A DNA stretch of 64,000 nt from a bacterium (GTDB lineage Bacteria; Patescibacteriota; Microgenomatia; Woykebacterales; RBG-16-39-9b). Each line of letters opens with the position of its first letter. The stretch's first letter is position 1. Positions 55,770 to 64,000 of this stretch are shown one piece after another. The stretch is from NCBI GenBank assembly GCA_030704665.1, contig JAUYID010000009.1:729702-793701 (forward strand), written 5' to 3'. Position numbers and translations under genes: made by a program. The notes beneath the pieces were generated by a model that ran no database searches, was not told where the DNA came from, and saw only the letters and a list, made by a program, of their open reading frames with translations.

Positions 55770-57008
55770 CTACCAATGATGCTGTTGTTTTTGGGCTTGG
55801 GTAACTTTTCTGACCGCCAAAGAAAGAGCACCTTCCCGCAGAGTAGATTTTAACTCAGCTGCTAGTTCGAAGACCTCGGAAAAAGCTTGAGCCATTTTTT
55901 CTTCCAGTTTTTCGAAGACTTCTTCCTTGGTCCAGACTTCACCAAAGAGATTCTGATACCATTCAAAAAAACTAACCGTCACTCCGCCGGCGTTGGCCAA
56001 AATATCTGGGATGACTTGAATTCCCTCTTTGTGCAAAATTGTATCTGCTTCTGAAGTAGTTGGGCTGTTGGCCATTTCGAGAATGACTTTAGCTTGAATC
56101 TTGGCAGCATTGTCCTTGGTGATTTGATTCTCAAGTGCAGCCGGGATAAGGACATCAACTGAGAGTTCCAGCAGCTCTTCGTTGCTGATTTTCTGACCTT
56201 CAAAATTTTTCTCGACCAATTCACCGGAGTTCTTTTTTGACTCAACAACTTTGTCTATATCTAAACCTGTCTCTGAATAAACTCCGCCTTTTGAATCAGA
56301 TACGGCAACTATCTTGAAGCCGGAGTCGAAAAGCTCTTTGGCAATTTCAGCTCCAACATTACCAAAGCCTTGAACCGCCACAGTCAATTCTCCTGGAAGT
56401 TTGAGTTTAGCTAAAGCTTGCTTAAGGACAAAGTAACCTCCTTTTCCTGTGGCTTCGACTCTCCCTTCGGAACCGCCGATTTCAACTGGCTTCCCGGTAA
56501 CCACGGCCGGAACATTTTTACCCACCACCCGTGCGTATTCAGCCGCCATCCAGGCCATAATTTTCGGGTTGGTATTGACATCAGGAGCTGGCACGTCGAT
56601 TTCAGGACCGATATCGTTGGCAATTACCCGAGTAAAAGCACGAGTTAATCTTTCTAGCTCTTGTTCCGATAATTTTTTTGGATCAACAATGATTCCACCC
56701 TTCCCTCCACCAAAAGGAACGTCCACGACCGCGGTCTTCAAACTCATTTCTAAAGCCAAAGTCTTAATTTCATCGAGAGTAACCCCTGGATGAAAACGGA
56801 TTCCACCTTTGTAAGGGCCACGGGCGTTGTTGTGTTGAACTCGAAAACCTTGGAAAATTTTCAAAGTTCCCTCATCCAAACGGACGGGGATTGAAACTTC
56901 AATAATTTTGTCAGGGTTTTTGAGGATTTCAATTTCATCCGGATCGAGGTTTGCAAGCTCGGCGGATTTTTCAAGTTTGCTGAGAAGATCTTCAAACTGA
57001 CTGGGCAT
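55770..57008 (-). CDS. gdhA: NAD(P)-dependent glutamate dehydrogenase
   Basis: KGGIRFHPGVTLDEIKTLALEMSLK and PFGGGKGGI motifs. 412 aa. Confidence 0.8.
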   Translation of the reverse strand: MPSQFEDLLSKLEKSAELANLDPDEIEILKNPDKIIEVSIPVRLDEGTLKIFQGFRVQHNNARGPYKGGIRFHPGVTLDEIKTLALEMSLKTAVVDVPFGGGKGGIIVDPKKLSEQELERLTRAFTRVIANDIGPEIDVPAPDVNTNPKIMAWMAAEYARVVGKNVPAVVTGKPVEIGGSEGRVEATGKGGYFVLKQALAKLKLPGELTVAVQGFGNVGAEIAKELFDSGFKIVAVSDSKGGVYSETGLDIDKVVESKKNSGELVEKNFEGQKISNEELLELSVDVLIPAALENQITKDNAAKIQAKVILEMANSPTTSEADTILHKEGIQVIPDILANAGGVTVSFFEWYQNLFGEVWTKEEVFEKLEEKMAQAFSEVFELAAELKSTLREGALSLAVRKVTQAQKQQHHW

Positions 57009-57014
57009 GTTTTT

Positions 57015-57956
57015 TTAACCTTTTGGTTTTCTTTCTCCCAAAAACTCCTCGGCGTCCAGAGCGGCCATACAGCCAGCTCCGGCGGCGGTCACCGCCTGTT
57101 GATAGCGCCAATCGTGGACATCTCCAGCTGCAAAGATTCCCGGAACCGAAGTCTTCGATTTGTCTTTTATAGCAATGTAGCCCTTTTCATCCAGCTCAAC
57201 TTTACCTTTGAGAAAATCGGTGTTGGGTTTGTGTCCGATGGCAATGAAAAGTCCTCCAAGACTGATTTCTTTTTCCTCACCGGCAGTGTTCTTTGTCCTG
57301 ACCCCAGTAATTGTGTTTTCTCCAAGAACTTCAGTGACTTGAGTGTTAAAAATAATTTCGATTTTTGGGTTTTCCCGAACCTTTTCTTGTAGCGCCTGAA
57401 ACGCACGTAGCTTCTCACTGCGGTGAATGATTATCACTTTGGGGCAGAATTTGGTCAGATAGACTGCCTCACGTAGGGCCGCATCCCCACCACCAACCAC
57501 CGCCACTTCTTTACCCCGGAAAAAAGGCGCGTCACAAACGGCACAAGCACTCACTCCTTTGGCCCGCAGCCTTTGCTCACTCTCCAAACCTAGCCATTTG
57601 GCCGAAGCCCCAGTCGCTAGGATAACTGCCCGAGCCGAAAACTCCTCTTGGCTGGTTTTTAGTTTGAAAGGCTGGTTGTCAGTTTCAATCCCGGCAACAT
57701 CTTCGTTGATAAACCTTGCCCCCAGCCTTTCAGCTTGCTTTCTCATACGCTCAACAAGCTCAGGTCCTTGCACGGCTTCCGGAAAACCAGGGAAGTCTTC
57801 GACGTCAGTAGTCCAAATCAGCTGCCCGCCTGCCTCAACCCCAGCGATAACAAAAACCGATAGATTGGCCCGCGCCGCATAAATTGCCGCCGTCAAACCA
57901 GCCGGACCAGAACCAACCACAATAATGTCATAAACGTCTTTTTCGTTAACTTCCAT
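57015..57956 (-). CDS. trxB: thioredoxin reductase
   Basis: GSGPAG FAD motif, redox CAVCD, and a second Rossmann GGGDAA. Confidence 0.85.
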   Translation of the reverse strand: MEVNEKDVYDIIVVGSGPAGLTAAIYAARANLSVFVIAGVEAGGQLIWTTDVEDFPGFPEAVQGPELVERMRKQAERLGARFINEDVAGIETDNQPFKLKTSQEEFSARAVILATGASAKWLGLESEQRLRAKGVSACAVCDAPFFRGKEVAVVGGGDAALREAVYLTKFCPKVIIIHRSEKLRAFQALQEKVRENPKIEIIFNTQVTEVLGENTITGVRTKNTAGEEKEISLGGLFIAIGHKPNTDFLKGKVELDEKGYIAIKDKSKTSVPGIFAAGDVHDWRYQQAVTAAGAGCMAALDAEEFLGERKPKG

Positions 57957-57990
57957 ATACTTTTAGTTTAGCAAAGTTGGGAAGAGTTAC

Positions 57991-58428
57991 TTATGGTTTC
58001 CAACCCCTACCAGGCTGATTTCGGACTTCTTCAGTCTCATTACTACGGTTGTAATCGTCGTCTAAACGATAAGTAGTACCTGATTCGGGAAGTGAAACCT
58101 CAACCAACTCGGAGTCTTCCAGAGCTTCCATTCGATGCCGTTGAAGGGGTTTGACTGTGTAACCCTTACCAATCTCCATGTCTATAGGAACTAGCTCGCC
58201 TTGATTGTTATCCAGCCAGTAACGGACTTTTCCACTTAGCAAAATTTGAGTCTCTTCTTTTTTGTCGTGGTATTGAAGGGAAAATCTCTTACCTTTGTTT
58301 AAATGAAGAAATTTACCTACGTAACCAGGCTCTTTCGCCCAATGTACTTCCCAACCCCAAGGTTTTTCTAGCTTTTCTGCATGTGGTTCTATTGAAAACT
58401 GACTAGCATCAAATTGATTTTTTTCCAT
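57991..58428 (-). CDS. cupin-domain protein (mannose-6-phosphate-isomerase-like cupin_2)
   Basis: KPWGWE...LHLNKGKRFSLQYH. Confidence 0.5.
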   Translation of the reverse strand: MEKNQFDASQFSIEPHAEKLEKPWGWEVHWAKEPGYVGKFLHLNKGKRFSLQYHDKKEETQILLSGKVRYWLDNNQGELVPIDMEIGKGYTVKPLQRHRMEALEDSELVEVSLPESGTTYRLDDDYNRSNETEEVRNQPGRGWKP

Positions 58429-58959
58429 TTAGAAAAATTTTTCTGCTTCGACCCATTCGGGCTCTGGTAAATTCTTGTAGTTGGGATTCGGCACTGCCTC
58501 AAGCTTACCATCTTTCTCGATAATATAGTAAGCCATACCTCTCTTTTCTTGAATTGGTCGGTAATCATTCTGCGAGTGAGAAGCGTCTTCCGGAGCATCG
58601 TCAGAGGAGATTAAATAAGTTTTACCTGTGTTTACAAAGGCATGTCCCCAACCAGCTGGAATTTCTACTTTGTTGCCTGATTTGACTTTTACCAGGCGCA
58701 CTTCACCCACCTCTCCAGACTGGTCTCGATGCTGCAAAACCCCCACCCCCTCACCAAAAAGGAAGGTGTAGTTTTCTTTCTCGTTGTGTAAATGATAGTG
58801 GCCGTAAGTTTTGACGTACTCCTCTCCGTATTTACCCGCTTCCCAAATAGTGATGTTTGGCCTGCCCCGCAATATGTAATAAGCTGCCTCAGGCCCATCT
58901 GAATCTGGGTTTAGCAAAACTTCTTTTATTTTTTCTTTTGTGCGTGTCTCTAAAACCAT
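58429..58959 (-). CDS. cupin-type glucose-6-phosphate isomerase (archaeal cPGI-like)
   Basis: TYGHYHLHNEKENY and IPAGWGHAFVNTG match the cPGI metal-binding motifs. Confidence 0.6.
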   Translation of the reverse strand: MVLETRTKEKIKEVLLNPDSDGPEAAYYILRGRPNITIWEAGKYGEEYVKTYGHYHLHNEKENYTFLFGEGVGVLQHRDQSGEVGEVRLVKVKSGNKVEIPAGWGHAFVNTGKTYLISSDDAPEDASHSQNDYRPIQEKRGMAYYIIEKDGKLEAVPNPNYKNLPEPEWVEAEKFF

Positions 58960-58966
58960 TTGATTT

Positions 58967-59593
58967 CTAACAACCTGCTAGCGGTTCTGGGGCTGCTGAT
59001 CCGTTTCGATAAAGTTTAATGTAATCAGTGATTTTTTGTTTATTAAAACTATCAAGTTTTAGTACTCTTCCCCAGCTAACTAAAGCAAGCATCGAATCGT
59101 TTTTTGCGCGAGGAGAAACCATTAGTTTAGTTTTTCCCATTTCTTGAACCAAATTTTTTATCTCATTTTTGACTGTCGAGTCATCTTTATTTTTGTAAGT
59201 AATCCAAACCGTACCATGCTCCAAACTGTGTATCACTCTCTCATCAACAATTTCATTGTCATAAACACCACATGGTTGCCAGTCCGAATAGTGCGGTCCG
59301 TTGCTCGGGGGGTTGGAATTGTAGGCTGCGTGCGGTGTTCCTGAGGCTATATGAGTACGATCACACTGATCTCCACTACAAGTCACCTCCCCAAGGGATT
59401 TGACACTAGCCTTGTTTTGATTCCTTGAATAGACAAACAAGACAACAAATCCGACTATCAACAAAACCACCGCAACTAGAGCGAGCGCTTTCACAAAGAG
59501 GTCGGCACGCCCAGACTTTCCCTTTGCTTTCTCAAGCTCTTTTCTGATTTCATCACGACGCTGCTTTTTAGTTAGTTGTTTTTCTTCTGTCAT
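58967..59593 (-). CDS. DUF3105-like membrane-anchored protein
   Basis: N-terminal TM. HSLEHGTVWITY motif. Confidence 0.45.
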   Translation of the reverse strand: MTEEKQLTKKQRRDEIRKELEKAKGKSGRADLFVKALALVAVVLLIVGFVVLFVYSRNQNKASVKSLGEVTCSGDQCDRTHIASGTPHAAYNSNPPSNGPHYSDWQPCGVYDNEIVDERVIHSLEHGTVWITYKNKDDSTVKNEIKNLVQEMGKTKLMVSPRAKNDSMLALVSWGRVLKLDSFNKQKITDYIKLYRNGSAAPEPLAGC

Positions 59594-59624
59594 AGTTTTT
59601 TTGCTGCCAAAATGCTTATCGATC

Positions 59625-59876
59625 TTACCGTATTCCCAAAACAGAAATCAATCTTTCTTTGTCAAAACCCAAAATTGTTTCCCGCCCGCCTTCTTCTTTA
59701 TCAATCACCGTGAAGGGTACTCCCACTTGCCCTGACATCTTGATTACTTCTTCGGCTGCTTGATGGTCTTCATCAACCAAGATATTTTCATACTTAATAC
59801 CTTTGGAATCGAGAAACTCTTTTTCCATCTTACAATATGGGCAGGTGGTGGTTGTATAAATTTTGATCTTATCCAT
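59625..59876 (-). CDS. glutaredoxin-like protein (NrdH/Grx, CPYC)
   Basis: IKIYTTTTCPYCKMEK. 83 aa. Confidence 0.7.
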   Translation of the reverse strand: MDKIKIYTTTTCPYCKMEKEFLDSKGIKYENILVDEDHQAAEEVIKMSGQVGVPFTVIDKEEGGRETILGFDKERLISVLGIR

Positions 59877-59888
59877 TTTTACCTCTTT

Positions 59889-60164
59889 CTAGGTAAGATT
59901 ATCTATTATTCTGGCCAGTTTAATGTCCTTTTCCGTCACCCCACCTTCCTCATGAGTTGCAAGACTGATTTTTACTTTGGAGTAACGAATATCAATATCA
60001 GGATGATGCTGCGCTTTCTCTGCTTCGGTGGAGACTTTATTTACAAAAGTAATTGCCTCCAAAAACGACGGGAACAAAAATTTCTTTTCTATTTCCCCTT
60101 CGGAAACTTCCCAACCGGGGAAAGTAGCTAGTTGTTTTTCTGCTTCCGTCTTTTCAATTAGCAT
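59889..60164 (-). CDS. pterin-4a-carbinolamine dehydratase
   Basis: EAEKAQHHPDIDIRYSKVKISLATHE is the PCD/DCoH signature. Confidence 0.75.
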   Translation of the reverse strand: MLIEKTEAEKQLATFPGWEVSEGEIEKKFLFPSFLEAITFVNKVSTEAEKAQHHPDIDIRYSKVKISLATHEEGGVTEKDIKLARIIDNLT

Positions 60165-60176
60165 AGAGTGATTATA

Positions 60177-61175
60177 CTAAAAACTCTCAGCTTTGAAATC
60201 CGGATTGTCGGCCAGTGTTTTTTCCATTTGCTCTTTGGTCAGCAGTCCAGCTTGTGGACCGACTTGGCCGACGACTGAAGCACCGTTGATAGATCCCCAG
60301 GCAAGACCTTCTTTCAGAGAGTGGCCATTGAAAATAGCTGCTTCACAGGCGGTTGCAAAACCATCACCCGCACCGGTTGCCTCAATTCTTTCACCGGGGA
60401 ATTCTCCAATCCGATAGAAATCTTTTCTGTCATAAGCATACGAGCCCTCTCGACCATCAGTAATAACGACATTTTTTACATCCAAGTCGGCGATAATTTT
60501 CTTGAGTAAATCTTTAATGTCGATTTTTGTACTTTCCGCAATGTCGAGAACTCTTTTTGCTTCTTCGAGATTGACAAAAAAAACCTCAGTTAGCTTGAGT
60601 AACTCAGAATCCTTTTTCACGCCCACTTCCATTTGATAAGTCCCTGGATTGTAGCCGAGTTTCGCGCCAGTTTCTTTCAAGTAGTCAACCAAATCCTTGA
60701 TCAGGGTACTTTCAGCAAAACTTTTGGAAAGAGAAGTGAGATAAACCCATTTGGCTGGCTCGAGTTCAGGTAGACGGTAGTTCCAGTGCTGATGGTAAAC
60801 AAAAATTGTTCTCTCCCCTTCAAAATTCACGACCGCCGAGTAGTTTGACTCCATGCTTTTGTTAACGACGATGTAACTGCCATCCACACCTTCTTTTTCA
60901 ATGACATTTTTGATTCGTTCACCGGCATCATCTTCGCCAACATTGACATAAATTGCAGAGTTCATCCCCAATCGGGCCGAGCCAACCGCGTTGTTGGCCG
61001 CGTTACCAGCGACCAAATGGGCGATTGAGTCCACCGCGATTTTGTCTCCATAGCTGACGCAGAGAACACAGTCCTCTTTATTGATGTTGCACTGAACATG
61101 GGCATCATGAATTTTGATGAAGGTGTCGATTGTGGCATCTCCTACCGAAATGAGGTCGTACATTTCTTTACTCAT
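60177..61175 (-). CDS. PfkB-family carbohydrate kinase
   Basis: C-terminal ATGAGDGFATA and an N-terminal GG dipeptide region. Confidence 0.75.
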   Translation of the reverse strand: MSKEMYDLISVGDATIDTFIKIHDAHVQCNINKEDCVLCVSYGDKIAVDSIAHLVAGNAANNAVGSARLGMNSAIYVNVGEDDAGERIKNVIEKEGVDGSYIVVNKSMESNYSAVVNFEGERTIFVYHQHWNYRLPELEPAKWVYLTSLSKSFAESTLIKDLVDYLKETGAKLGYNPGTYQMEVGVKKDSELLKLTEVFFVNLEEAKRVLDIAESTKIDIKDLLKKIIADLDVKNVVITDGREGSYAYDRKDFYRIGEFPGERIEATGAGDGFATACEAAIFNGHSLKEGLAWGSINGASVVGQVGPQAGLLTKEQMEKTLADNPDFKAESF

Positions 61176-61660
61176 CCTTTTTTGTGTTTTCCTCTTCCGA
61201 GCAAACTGAGGTCGAGTAGACCCTGCTCTTCAACAAAGAAAGTCAAAATATCCAAAAGAAAAAGTCCCATACCAATCACTAGGTAGAGCAAGATGACAGT
61301 GAGGAGTCCGGTATCAACGCTCTGAAAGCCAGCAAAAACCAAACCAAGGCTAACTACCGCAGCCCCCATCAAAAGAAAACCCACTAAAGAAGCAATTGAG
61401 CTGATCTCACGTAAGACCACTGAGCGGTAATTAAAAAGGGCGACAGTGTCGATAAAAATCAGCAGTAGGTAGAAACCGGTCAAGAAACGGAACGCGGCCA
61501 AAGCCACTGACTCCCCGGGGTAAAAGATTGCTACATTGGAAAAACGCAAAGAGGAAAAGTAAGTTCCGTCAAAGATAGTCAGCAAGGCTACTGCTGCACT
61601 TGCAGTCAGAAAAACGATCAAGTAAACCCATTTTAGCAGTCGGACAGATTGAGGTTCCAT
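61172..61660 (-). CDS. hypothetical membrane protein
   Basis: 162 aa with 4 TM helices. Confidence 0.35.
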   Translation of the reverse strand: MEPQSVRLLKWVYLIVFLTASAAVALLTIFDGTYFSSLRFSNVAIFYPGESVALAAFRFLTGFYLLLIFIDTVALFNYRSVVLREISSIASLVGFLLMGAAVVSLGLVFAGFQSVDTGLLTVILLYLVIGMGLFLLDILTFFVEEQGLLDLSLLGRGKHKKG

Positions 61661-61707
61661 AACTTAAGCTAATTGTAACCGATCGAAAGAGCTTTTTCTA
61701 GGCTTCT

Positions 61708-62577
61708 CTAAAGCTTCCCTTCGCTACCACAAATATCGATCCAAGTCTCAGCGACCTTTTGCACCGCTTCAACCACCCCTGGGAAAACTTTGTACATCGC
61801 GACATCTTTGTGTTCGGCAAGAGCTTTTTCGAGCCCTTCTCGATAGGCCACTCGAATGTCAGTATTGACGTTCACTTTGACGATATCACCTTCTTTGATC
61901 GCTTCTTTGACCTGCTCGGCGGGAACTCCACTAGCACCATGCATGGAGAGAAAGGCCGGCACTGTCTGAGAAACTTTCTTGATTAACTCAATGTCGAGCG
62001 GTGGTTGCGGTCCGGGGAAGGTACCGTGGGTGTTGCCAAAGAACGAGGCGAAAATATCAACGCCGGTTTCTTCGACGAATTTTTTGGCCCGCTGCGGATC
62101 AGTATAGCCTGATTTTATTGCCTCTTCAGTAATAGTTTCTGTGTGCTGCTCACTGCCTTCACCAACAATCTTGTCAATTTCCCCTTCGACGAGGGCCCCA
62201 ATATTGTGGGCCTCAGGAACCACTTTTTTGGCAACCGTGACGTTTTCTTCGTAAGGAAGTTTCGAGCCGTCAAAATGAATCAAATCATAAGCTCCCTCAA
62301 ATCCCGGTCTGGTGTCTTCGTAAGTATAAGCGTGGTCGAGGTTAACGATGATTGCCAAACCGTACTTTTTCGCAAAGTTACGGCTAATACTAGCCACGTT
62401 TTCAGCTTCCATCCACCTCGTCTCGCCAGTTGAAGATTCGATGATAACTGGCGATTTTTTATTAATTGCGGCCGCAACAATTCCCTTGAAGGTCTCGAAA
62501 GTTCCGACGTTCAGAGCGGGAATCGCGAAATTTTCTCTTTTTGCTTTTTCGAGCCATTCTCTTGCGTTCATTTTCAA
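61708..62577 (-). CDS. fba: class II fructose-bisphosphate aldolase
   Basis: LDHAYTYED and HGASGVP motifs. 289 aa. Confidence 0.85.
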   Translation of the reverse strand: MKMNAREWLEKAKRENFAIPALNVGTFETFKGIVAAAINKKSPVIIESSTGETRWMEAENVASISRNFAKKYGLAIIVNLDHAYTYEDTRPGFEGAYDLIHFDGSKLPYEENVTVAKKVVPEAHNIGALVEGEIDKIVGEGSEQHTETITEEAIKSGYTDPQRAKKFVEETGVDIFASFFGNTHGTFPGPQPPLDIELIKKVSQTVPAFLSMHGASGVPAEQVKEAIKEGDIVKVNVNTDIRVAYREGLEKALAEHKDVAMYKVFPGVVEAVQKVAETWIDICGSEGKL

Positions 62578-63548
62578 CCTTTCTTTTGTATAACAGTTTT
62601 TGCTGCTGCTTTTATTTTAGCTACACTCATTCCGTATTTCTCGAGCAATTGGGTGGGCTCGCCTGATTCACCGAAGGTATCTGGCATTCCCACTCGCTCA
62701 ATTGGTACTGGAAAACTTTCCGATAACGCTTCGGCGACCGCTCCACCGAGGCCACCGGTGATCTGGTGCTCCTCAACGGTAACGACAGCACCCGTCTCCT
62801 TGGCTGCTTTAGCTAGACCAAGTTTGTCGATCGGCTTGATGGTGTGGTTATTAATCACCCGCGCGGAAATTTTCTCGGCAGCGAGTTGATCGGCGGCGAG
62901 CAAAGCTTGATAGAGTAACGGTCCCGCGGCAACAATCGAAACATCATCCCCGTCCCGCAAAGTTAAGATTTCACCAACCTTGAATGGTGTCTCTTCGGTG
63001 GTAATAACCGGAGTTTTTTCCCGACCGAAGCGGAAATAAAAAGGCCCCTTGTGTGCAGCCGAAGCAAGGGTGGTCTTGCGCGCTTCGTGAACGTCGCAGG
63101 GAACCTCAACTACTATGTTAGGTAGTACCCGCACGATAGCAATGTCCTCAAGTGCTTGGTGGGTCGCACCATCGGGACCAACCGAAATGCCAGTGTGGGC
63201 CCCGGCTACCTTGACATTGGCCTGCGTGTAACAAACGCTGACTCTGAGCTGATCCCAACTGCGGCCAGGAGAAAAAACTGCGTAACTGGAAACGTAAGGA
63301 ATTTTTCCTGACAGAGCTAGACCGGCAGCAATGCCCATCATATTTTGCTCGGCCACCCCGACTTCGATGAAGCGCTCTGGATATTTTTTGCCAAACTCTT
63401 CCACCCGAGTTGATTCCGCCAAGTCCGCTGTTAAGACGACAACGTTTGGATTTTTCTCACCAAGCTCCATCAAGCCTTGTCCATAACCATCGCGGGTAGC
63501 AGCTTGCTCAACTTCCGGAGCAAAAAGTTTTGGATTTAGATTATTCAT
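62574..63548 (-). CDS. transketolase, C-terminal (pyrimidine-binding) subunit of a split enzyme
   Basis: 324 aa. GIAEQNMMGIAAGLA...GPDGATHQALEDIA. Confidence 0.8.
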   Translation of the reverse strand: MNNLNPKLFAPEVEQAATRDGYGQGLMELGEKNPNVVVLTADLAESTRVEEFGKKYPERFIEVGVAEQNMMGIAAGLALSGKIPYVSSYAVFSPGRSWDQLRVSVCYTQANVKVAGAHTGISVGPDGATHQALEDIAIVRVLPNIVVEVPCDVHEARKTTLASAAHKGPFYFRFGREKTPVITTEETPFKVGEILTLRDGDDVSIVAAGPLLYQALLAADQLAAEKISARVINNHTIKPIDKLGLAKAAKETGAVVTVEEHQITGGLGGAVAEALSESFPVPIERVGMPDTFGESGEPTQLLEKYGMSVAKIKAAAKTVIQKKG

Positions 63549-63946
63549 TAAATATCAAATAGTTTTCTATGCTCGTAGAGTTTCCAAATAACGAAGACCC
63601 CCCAGACGAGCTGGATCAAGTTCGTTCCTTCTCTTTTGCCTAAGGCATTAAAAATTCCTAGGATAGCAATGACCAAGGTGATGACCCAGGCGGCCTTGTT
63701 TTTCTGCAAAAGCCCCTGTCCCAAAAAGACAATTCCACAACCAACCACGGCGAGAAAGAGCCCAAGGAAAAGTCCCCCCACTACCCCAAGGATAGCGTGA
63801 AAAAAACCGCTAATAAAACCAACCCCCAAACCAAAGAGCAGGCCAGTGATGGTCAGCAAAACTCCAAGAGCGGTATAGACCCAACCAATGACCGTAATCG
63901 AGGTCGGTAAAGATTTATTAACTTTGAAAAAATTATTCATGTTCAC
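63548..63946 (-). CDS. small hypothetical membrane protein
   Basis: 132 aa with 4 TM helices. Confidence 0.35.
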   Translation of the reverse strand: MNMNNFFKVNKSLPTSITVIGWVYTALGVLLTITGLLFGLGVGFISGFFHAILGVVGGLFLGLFLAVVGCGIVFLGQGLLQKNKAAWVITLVIAILGIFNALGKREGTNLIQLVWGVFVIWKLYEHRKLFDI

Positions 63947-64000
63947 TTTTTATTTTCCCTCTCAATGTGCGTAAGTCTTTTAAGGCCTCCCTAGCTTCGT

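Overview
The window appears to come from a small-genome, monoderm bacterium. The lineage call (Patescibacteria/CPR-like) is an inference from several 'archaeal-type' enzymes, an LPXTG protein and a SipW-type peptidase, and is tentative. The sequence is about 42% GC and coding-dense, with about 75 supportable protein genes. No rRNA and no CRISPR array were seen, and the only tRNA found is the tRNA-Glu(CUC) at 27664..27740.

Main gene content:
- **Division cluster:** prfB-ftsE-ftsX plus an M23 peptidase (EnvC-like).
- **Mobile element:** an IS1595-family transposase with a consensus promoter. A two-gene AT-rich module of unknown function abuts it.
- **Lysine/DAP cluster:** lysC-dapB-dapA-asd.
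- **Ribonucleotide reduction:** nrdR plus a B12-dependent nrdJ.
- **Glycolytic block:** cupin-type PGI, a PfkB kinase, class II FBA and a transketolase C-terminal subunit.

Most interesting regions:
- **34.1-43.5 kb, all on the minus strand:** a surface/matrix island with a SipW-type signal peptidase fused to RTX repeats and a TasA/camelysin-like substrate with a SipW-cognate signal. Two secreted-protein genes carry a near-identical ~220-nt 5' leader containing a conserved attenuator hairpin. Also present are a PNAG-like deacetylase-GT2 fusion, an ABC ATPase with a YHS domain, and two dockerin/FN3 paralogs sharing an identical 133-bp segment.
- **47.0-49.9 kb:** a cobalamin-riboswitch-like leader with a terminator platform in front of a DUF4430 / alpha-toroid (LPXTG) / DUF4430 trio. 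This is interpreted as a split transcobalamin-like B12-capture module.
- **Smaller observations:** several GC-rich patches (one three-gene island, two ncRNA-like segments), a circularly permuted LytM domain, a truncated TsaB, and a Lon-like ATPase lacking its protease domain.
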